Assembly (NCBI GenBank): GCA_963845565.1
Contig: CAWJSJ010000002.1
Location: 576,001 to 640,000, forward strand
From: an uncultured Methylomirabilota bacterium
Lineage (GTDB): Bacteria > Methylomirabilota > Methylomirabilia > Methylomirabilales > 2-02-FULL-66-22
DNA length: 64,000 bases
Reading direction: 5' to 3'
Numbering within the stretch: the stretch's first letter is position 1; every line of letters begins with the position of its first letter. The position numbers were made by a program, and so were the translations under genes. Shown here one piece after another: positions 58,410 to 64,000 of this stretch. A model generated the notes under the pieces. The model ran no database searches and was not told where the DNA came from. It saw only the letters and a list, made by a program, of their open reading frames with translations.

Positions 58410-61384
58410 GCCGCCCGCCCGCCCGGGTTGCTCCCGCCGCCGGCGCGACCACGGCCCTGGAAGGTTTCCTCCAGGGGCTGGCACGCCGCGGCCAGACCCG
58501 CGGCCACCTCGTCCACATCCAGGAGATCCCCGCCCGGACGGCGCGTTTTGCCGACCTGGCGCCCCCGCTCCCCGAGCCACTGCGGCAGGCTCTGCAGCAA
58601 GTCGGCATCGAACGGCTCTACACCCACCAGGTCGACGCCGTGTCTCTCGCCCGCGCCGGCCGGGACGTCCTGGTCGTCACCGGGACGGCATCCGGGAAGA
58701 GTCTGGCGTATCAGCTTCCCGTCCTGGAGCACCTGCTCTGCCACCCCGAGGCCCGCGCCCTCTTCTTGTTTCCCACCAAGGCGCTCGAGCAGGACCAGCT
58801 CAAGTCCCTCCGGCAGCTCCTCCCGCGCGGGTCCGGCATCCGGGCCGAGATCCTGGACGGAGACACACCGGCCAACCGCCGGGCGCAACTCAAGGCCGAT
58901 CCGCCCCAGATTCTCATCAGCAACCCCGATCTCCTGCACCTGTCGCTTCTCCCGCACCACGGAGCCTGGAAACCGTTCTGGGAGCAACTGCGGTTCGTCG
59001 TCCTGGATGAGTTGCATACCTATAAAGGGATCTTCGGCTCGCACATTGCCCACGTCCTGCGGCGACTGCACCGCGTGGCAGCCTTCTATGGAAGCCGCCC
59101 GAGCTTCGTGGCCTCCTCCGCGACGATCAGCAATCCGGCCGATTTCGCCCGCGGGCTTGTCGGCCGAGAATTCACGCTGGTGGACACGGATGGCTCCCCC
59201 GCCCGGGGGAAGCGATTCGTCTTCGTGAACCCGACCGGCAGCCCGTACGGAGAGGCCACGGACCTCCTCCTGGCCTGCATCCAGGCCGGCTACAAGACCA
59301 TCGCCTTCGCCAAGGCGCGGAAGATCGCCGAACTGATCACGATGTGGGTGCACCAGGCGGCGCCGCAGGTCGCCTCCTCGGTGCGGGCGTATCGGGCGGG
59401 TTACCGCCCCGAGGAGCGACGCGCGATCGAGCAGGGCCTCGTCCAGGAACGTCTCCTGGGAGTGGTCTCCACTTCGGCGCTGGAGCTGGGCATCGACATC
59501 GGCGGCCTGGACGCGTGCCTCCTGGTGGGGTATCCGGGCAGCATCGCCAGCACCTGGCAACGCGGCGGCCGGGTGGGGCGGGCGGGCCAAGAGGCGCTGA
59601 TCATCCTCATCGCGCTCCCCGACGCGCTGGACCAGTATTTCATGCGCCACCCCGAGGACTTCTTCGTCCGGCGACCCGAGGCGGCGGTCATCGATCCCGG
59701 CAATCGCCGGATCCTGCGGGACCACCTGGTGGCCGCCGCCGCCGAGCTGCCATTGCGGCCGGCCGATGCGGCCATCTACGGGGAGGAGCTGGCCCACCGG
59801 ATTCGCGAATTAGCCGCCGACCATCGGCTGGTCCAGAGCGCCGACGGGACCGAGTGGTACGCGCGCCGGCGCAACCCGGCGCGGGAGATCAGCATCCGCT
59901 CGGTGGGAGAGTCGTTCGCCATCCTGAACCCGGCGGGAAAGACCATCGGCAGCGTGGACGGCTTTCGGGCCATCCACGAATGTCATCCCGGCGCCGTGTA
60001 CCTGCACCAGGGCCAGCAGTTCGAGGTGACGGGCCTCGACCTGGCCCAGCGGAAGGTGCAGGCGCGGCCCGTGGAAGTGGACTACTACACCCAGACCTCC
60101 GGCGAGAAAGAGACCGAGATCCTGCAGTGTCAGGAGGTACGAGAGGTCAAGCGGACCGTGGCGCGACTCGGGCGCCTGAAGGTGACCGAGCGGATCACCG
60201 GGTACGAGAAGCGCCGGATCTTCGGTCAGGACCGGATCGGGAGCTACCCGCTGGACCTGCCGCCGCACACTTTCGAGACCCAGGGGCTGTGGTTCGAGGT
60301 GCCCGAGGCGATCCGGGATTACGTGAAGCAGGCGCCGCCCGGCGGGCTTCATTTCATGGGAGGCATCCACGCCATCGAGCATGCTGCGATTAGCCTATTC
60401 CCGCTCTTCGCCCTGTGCGACCGCGGTGACGTGGGCGGCATCTCGCACACCTTTCATCCGCAGGTCGGGCGGCCGGCCATCTTCATCTACGACGGCTATC
60501 CGGAGGGGATCGGCCTGGCGGAGCGGTGCTACCGCGTCCTGGAGGATCTGTTGGCCGACACGCTCGCGCTCCTCCGGGACTGCCCGTGCGAAACGGGGTG
60601 CCCCTCGTGCGTCCACTCGCCCAAGTGCGGATCGGGAAACAAGCCCCTGGACAAGGCCGCGGCGATCCTCACCCTGGAAGGGCTGCTTGGGCTGATCGAG
60701 GTCCCGGCGGCGATCCAAACGGTCTCCGTCGGGATGCTCCCCGCCGCGACCGCCTCGGCGCGGCCGACAGGGCCGCCGGCACGGACCTCGCTCCCCGCGG
60801 CGCCCCGCGCCCTGGTGCTGGACGTCGAAACGCAGCGGAGCGCCGACGAGGTCGGCGGCTGGGACCACGCCGATCGGATGGGGTTGGCGGTGGCCGTGAC
60901 CCAGGACCTTGCCACCGGCGAGGTGCGGGTCTATCCCGAGAACCGGGTCGAGGAGCTCCTGGATGATCTCGCCGCCGCGGCGCTCATCATCGGCTTCAAC
61001 ATACGCCGATTCGACTACTCCGTCCTGCGCGGCTACCGCGCACTGGACTACGCGGCGCTGCCCACGTTGGACTTGCTGGAAGAGATCCACGCCACCCTCG
61101 GCTTTCGTCTGAGCCTGAACCATCTGGCCCAGGAGACGCTGGGGGCGCCGAAATCGGCCGACGGCCTGCAGAGCCTGGCGTGGTGGAAAGCGGGGGAGCG
61201 GGACAAGGTCATCGAGTACTGCAAGGCCGATGTGGACCTGACTCGTCGGCTTTTCGAGTTCGGCCGAGACCGCGGCTATCTCTTGTACCGGGACTACCAG
61301 GGGCGTCCGGCGAGGCTCCCGGTGCGGTTCGGGGAAAAAAACCTGTTGCGCGCGGGCGTATTTGGATATAATCCCCCGGCGTGA
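58406..61384 (+). CDS. DEAD/DEAH helicase with DUF1998 (MrfA/Hrq1-like) fused to a C-terminal RNase_H_2/DEDD exonuclease
   Basis: LYTHQ, TASGKS, DELH, SAT, ELGIDIG, QRGGRVGR, CPCETGCPSC...C, then LDVET, GFNIRRFD and YCKAD. Confidence 0.9.
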   Translation: MSRPPARVAPAAGATTALEGFLQGLARRGQTRGHLVHIQEIPARTARFADLAPPLPEPLRQALQQVGIERLYTHQVDAVSLARAGRDVLVVTGTASGKSLAYQLPVLEHLLCHPEARALFLFPTKALEQDQLKSLRQLLPRGSGIRAEILDGDTPANRRAQLKADPPQILISNPDLLHLSLLPHHGAWKPFWEQLRFVVLDELHTYKGIFGSHIAHVLRRLHRVAAFYGSRPSFVASSATISNPADFARGLVGREFTLVDTDGSPARGKRFVFVNPTGSPYGEATDLLLACIQAGYKTIAFAKARKIAELITMWVHQAAPQVASSVRAYRAGYRPEERRAIEQGLVQERLLGVVSTSALELGIDIGGLDACLLVGYPGSIASTWQRGGRVGRAGQEALIILIALPDALDQYFMRHPEDFFVRRPEAAVIDPGNRRILRDHLVAAAAELPLRPADAAIYGEELAHRIRELAADHRLVQSADGTEWYARRRNPAREISIRSVGESFAILNPAGKTIGSVDGFRAIHECHPGAVYLHQGQQFEVTGLDLAQRKVQARPVEVDYYTQTSGEKETEILQCQEVREVKRTVARLGRLKVTERITGYEKRRIFGQDRIGSYPLDLPPHTFETQGLWFEVPEAIRDYVKQAPPGGLHFMGGIHAIEHAAISLFPLFALCDRGDVGGISHTFHPQVGRPAIFIYDGYPEGIGLAERCYRVLEDLLADTLALLRDCPCETGCPSCVHSPKCGSGNKPLDKAAAILTLEGLLGLIEVPAAIQTVSVGMLPAATASARPTGPPARTSLPAAPRALVLDVETQRSADEVGGWDHADRMGLAVAVTQDLATGEVRVYPENRVEELLDDLAAAALIIGFNIRRFDYSVLRGYRALDYAALPTLDLLEEIHATLGFRLSLNHLAQETLGAPKSADGLQSLAWWKAGERDKVIEYCKADVDLTRRLFEFGRDRGYLLYRDYQGRPARLPVRFGEKNLLRAGVFGYNPPA

Positions 61385-61452
61385 CTATCTAGGCCTCCGG
61401 AAACCTCCGGGGGAATGACTTCACCGCGTAACAAGGAGACAGGTAACGCAGA

Positions 61453-62073
61453 ATGATGGACTACAAGACGATAGAACGGGCCTACGCCATCCTGTCGCCG
61501 GTTTACGATTTCCTCTTCGATAAGGTTTTTTATCCGGGACGGGTGGCCGCCATCAAGATCTTGGAGGCCAAGCCGGGCGATCGCATTCTGGAGGTCGGTG
61601 TCGGAACCGGGCTCAACCTTCCGCTGTATCCTCGGGATTGCGATGTGACGGGGGTGGATATCTCGGAAGGGATGCTCCGGAAGGCCGAGGAGCGGGTCCG
61701 GACCCTCGGGATGCATCACGCCAAGCTGATGGTGATGGATGGCTCCCGGCTGGAATTTCCGGATAACAGCTTCGATCGGGTCATCGCCACCTATGTCATC
61801 AGCGCCGTGCCGGACCCGGTCAAGACGCTCCTGGAGATGCGGCGGGTCTGCAAGCCGAGCGGCCACCTGGTGATCCTCAACCACTTCAAGAGCGAGAACC
61901 CGATCATCGGGATGTTCGAGAAGATCCTGGCGCCGGTCTGCACCAAGATCGGCTTCGACACCGAGTTGAAGTTGATGCCGCTGCTGGAACGCGTGGCCCT
62001 GGCACCGGAGCAAATGCACCGGGTCAATCTGATGAATGGGTGGCGGCTGGTCCGCTGCATCAATCCCCAGTAG
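61453..62073 (+). CDS. phospholipid N-methyltransferase PmtA-like
   Basis: YDFLF, ILEVGVGTGLNL, ISAVPDP and ILNHF motifs. Confidence 0.75.
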   Translation: MMDYKTIERAYAILSPVYDFLFDKVFYPGRVAAIKILEAKPGDRILEVGVGTGLNLPLYPRDCDVTGVDISEGMLRKAEERVRTLGMHHAKLMVMDGSRLEFPDNSFDRVIATYVISAVPDPVKTLLEMRRVCKPSGHLVILNHFKSENPIIGMFEKILAPVCTKIGFDTELKLMPLLERVALAPEQMHRVNLMNGWRLVRCINPQ

Positions 62074-62185
62074 CCGCCGCGGATTCGCCAGACCCCGGAC
62101 GTCCTGAGGGCGAGCGGGGTCTGGCGCCGACCGATTCCGCCCCAGGCGTCACCGCCCGGGGCATTTCTGTCTGTGGAGTCCCGAC

Positions 62186-63403
62186 ATGGCCATGAAACCC
62201 ATGAAGGCGCTGATCTCCCTCGAGGAGGGAATGCGGATCCTGATGGAGAACGTCCAGCCGATCGCCCGGACCGAGCGGGTCGGGCTGCTGGAGGCGTCCG
62301 GTCGCGTCCTGGCGGAACGGGTCGTGGCAACCGCCGACGTCCCGCCTTTTGCACGGGCCGCCATGGACGGCTACGCCGTGATCGCCCAGGACACGTTCGG
62401 AGCCGGCAATTTCAATCCCGCCCAGCTGCGCCTGCTGGAGGTCGTGCACGCGGCCGACATCGCCGCCAGCACGGTCGAGCCGGGGGCATGCATCCAGGTG
62501 GCCACGGGCGCACCCGTTCCGGCCGGCGCCGATGCCGTCGTGCAGGTCGAGGATACCGAACTCACGGGAGACGTGGGTCTGGTGAAGATCTATCAGCCGG
62601 TCTATCCGCGTCAGAACATCTCGCCCCAGGGGAGGGACATCCGGGCCGGCCACGAGGTCCTGGCCGCCGGGACGCGGCTGGACCCGAGCAAGATCGGCGT
62701 CTTGGCCGCCCTGGGACTCATCCAGGTCGCGGTGGTGGCGAAGCCGACCGTCGCGGTCGTCCCCTCGGGAAACGAAATCGTCGCGCCGGGAGAGCCGCTC
62801 GTCCCCGGCAAGATCTACGACATCAACTCCTACACCCTGGCATCCCTGATCCAGGCCGTGGGCGGCCTTCCCCGGCTGTTCCCGATCATGCGGGACACGC
62901 TGGAGGACGTACGCCGGACCCTGCGGGAGGCGCTGGCATGTGACCTGGTGGTCCTGTCGGGGGGAAGCTCGGTCGGCGAGCGGGACGTGATGGTGGAGGC
63001 GGTGGAATCGCTGGGGGAGGTGAAGTTCCACGGCATCGCAGTGAAACCGGGGAAGCCGACGCTGTGCGGCGTCATCGAGGGAACGCTCGTTCTGGGGATG
63101 CCGGGCTACCCGACCTCGTGTCTCACCAACGGGTACGGTCTGCTGGCGCCGGCGCTTCGCAGGCTGGCGCATCTTCCGGAACCGAGGACCGGGGGCATCG
63201 AGCTCCCCATGGCGAGACGCTACACCTCGACGACCGGCCGCCATCAGTACCTTCCGGTCCGCATCGAGGGTGGCGAGGTGGCGCCCGCCTTCAAAGAATC
63301 GGGGTCGATCACGTCCATGGCCGATGCCGAGGGGTATATCGAGATTCCGGCCAACGTCGATCTGGTGGAAAAGGGGGAGCGGGTCCTGGTCAAGTTCTTT
63401 TGA
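62186..63403 (+). CDS. moeA: molybdopterin molybdotransferase
   Basis: PPFARAAMDGYA, TGAPVPAGADAV, SGGSSVG, KPGKP and MPGYP motifs. Confidence 0.93.
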   Translation: MAMKPMKALISLEEGMRILMENVQPIARTERVGLLEASGRVLAERVVATADVPPFARAAMDGYAVIAQDTFGAGNFNPAQLRLLEVVHAADIAASTVEPGACIQVATGAPVPAGADAVVQVEDTELTGDVGLVKIYQPVYPRQNISPQGRDIRAGHEVLAAGTRLDPSKIGVLAALGLIQVAVVAKPTVAVVPSGNEIVAPGEPLVPGKIYDINSYTLASLIQAVGGLPRLFPIMRDTLEDVRRTLREALACDLVVLSGGSSVGERDVMVEAVESLGEVKFHGIAVKPGKPTLCGVIEGTLVLGMPGYPTSCLTNGYGLLAPALRRLAHLPEPRTGGIELPMARRYTSTTGRHQYLPVRIEGGEVAPAFKESGSITSMADAEGYIEIPANVDLVEKGERVLVKFF

Positions 63404-63425
63404 GCGGACCCGAAGGGGAAGATCC

Positions 63426-63953
63426 ATGCGATGCGGACAGGCGATGCGGGCGGTTCTCGCCACGGTGACGGTGATGATGGCCGCCTCCATGGCGCCGGCA
63501 GCGGAGCGGCCGCCGTCGGAAAACGCGACCTACGAGATGGAGGTCATGGGCGTCCAGGCGGACCCGCAGTCCGGCGCCCCCATGGTGTTCCTGCGGGGCA
63601 AACAGGACAAGCGGGAGCTCGCCATGTTCATCGGCCCGTTCGAGGCCCAGGCGATCGCCCTCCCCCTGCAAGGGGTGCGACCGCCCCGACCGTACACCCA
63701 CGACCTGATGCTGGAGGCGCTGCACCGCCTCAAGGCCAAGGTGAAACGCGTCGCGATCACGGGCATCCGCGAGAACACGTACTTCGCGAGCCTGGTCCTG
63801 GACGTCCAGGGGCAAGAACTGGTCCTGGATGCCCGCCCCAGCGACGCCATCGCCCTCGCGCTCCGCGAGGACGCGCCCATCCTGGCGGCAGAGGCGGCCT
63901 TCGCCCGGTCGCCCCGGCCCGCCCAGGGGGCGGGGGAGCGAGGGACGCCATGA
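63426..63953 (+). CDS. bifunctional nuclease family protein (DUF151)
   Basis: IGPFEAQAI, PRPYTHDL and DARPSDAIALALR motifs. Confidence 0.9.
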   Translation: MRCGQAMRAVLATVTVMMAASMAPAAERPPSENATYEMEVMGVQADPQSGAPMVFLRGKQDKRELAMFIGPFEAQAIALPLQGVRPPRPYTHDLMLEALHRLKAKVKRVAITGIRENTYFASLVLDVQGQELVLDARPSDAIALALREDAPILAAEAAFARSPRPAQGAGERGTP

Positions 63954-64000
63954 GGCATTGGGTGCTGCCGCTGGTGCTCGGCCTGGCCCTGGCAGCCGCC
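63950..64000 (+). CDS. start of a secreted protein (truncated by the window edge)
   Basis: ATGA overlap with the DUF151 stop; MRHWVLPLVLGLALAA is signal-peptide-like. Confidence 0.5.
   Translation, partial: MRHWVLPLVLGLALAAA

Overview
This is a GC-rich bacterial chromosome segment spanning the replication origin. The gene order (recR-mglB-mglA, serS-tRNA-Ser cluster-SRP RNA-dnaX, E. coli-type long GyrB) suggests a Methylomirabilota/NC10- or deltaproteobacterium-like organism, but this is inference only. The left arm, mostly on the minus strand, carries vWA/DUF58 genes, a bactofilin, an ABC transporter + class III aminotransferase + M20 deacylase cluster, pckA, a ThDP-enzyme homolog, and parB-parA-parS-rsmG-yidC-yidD-rnpA-rpmH. 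Between rpmH and dnaN lies an ~800 bp oriC-like region with DnaA boxes and DnaA-trios but no dnaA gene. Next come dnaN, gyrB, gyrA, serS, all four tRNA-Ser isoacceptors, SRP RNA, dnaX, ybaB, recR and mglBA. The most unusual locus is at 33.85-34.28 kb: the tRNA promoter is followed by a 5' half-copy of tRNA-Asn carrying a 36-nt hairpin insertion, then a small GIY-YIG nuclease gene whose 3' end runs into the intact tRNA-Asn. The accessory region that follows has a degenerate island with a 49-bp mini-MITE, TRAP and sugar ABC transporters, an enolase-superfamily dehydratase, a fluoride riboswitch + cation/proton antiporter, a GntR relic, a Liv-type ABC transporter with D-cysteine desulfhydrase-like and DapF-like genes, a GGDEF protein, marC, NIPSNAP, a nitronate monooxygenase, an MrfA-MrfB-like helicase-exonuclease fusion, a pmtA-like gene, moeA and DUF151. 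All calls come from reading the sequence and ORF translations; no searches were run, and start codons are estimates.
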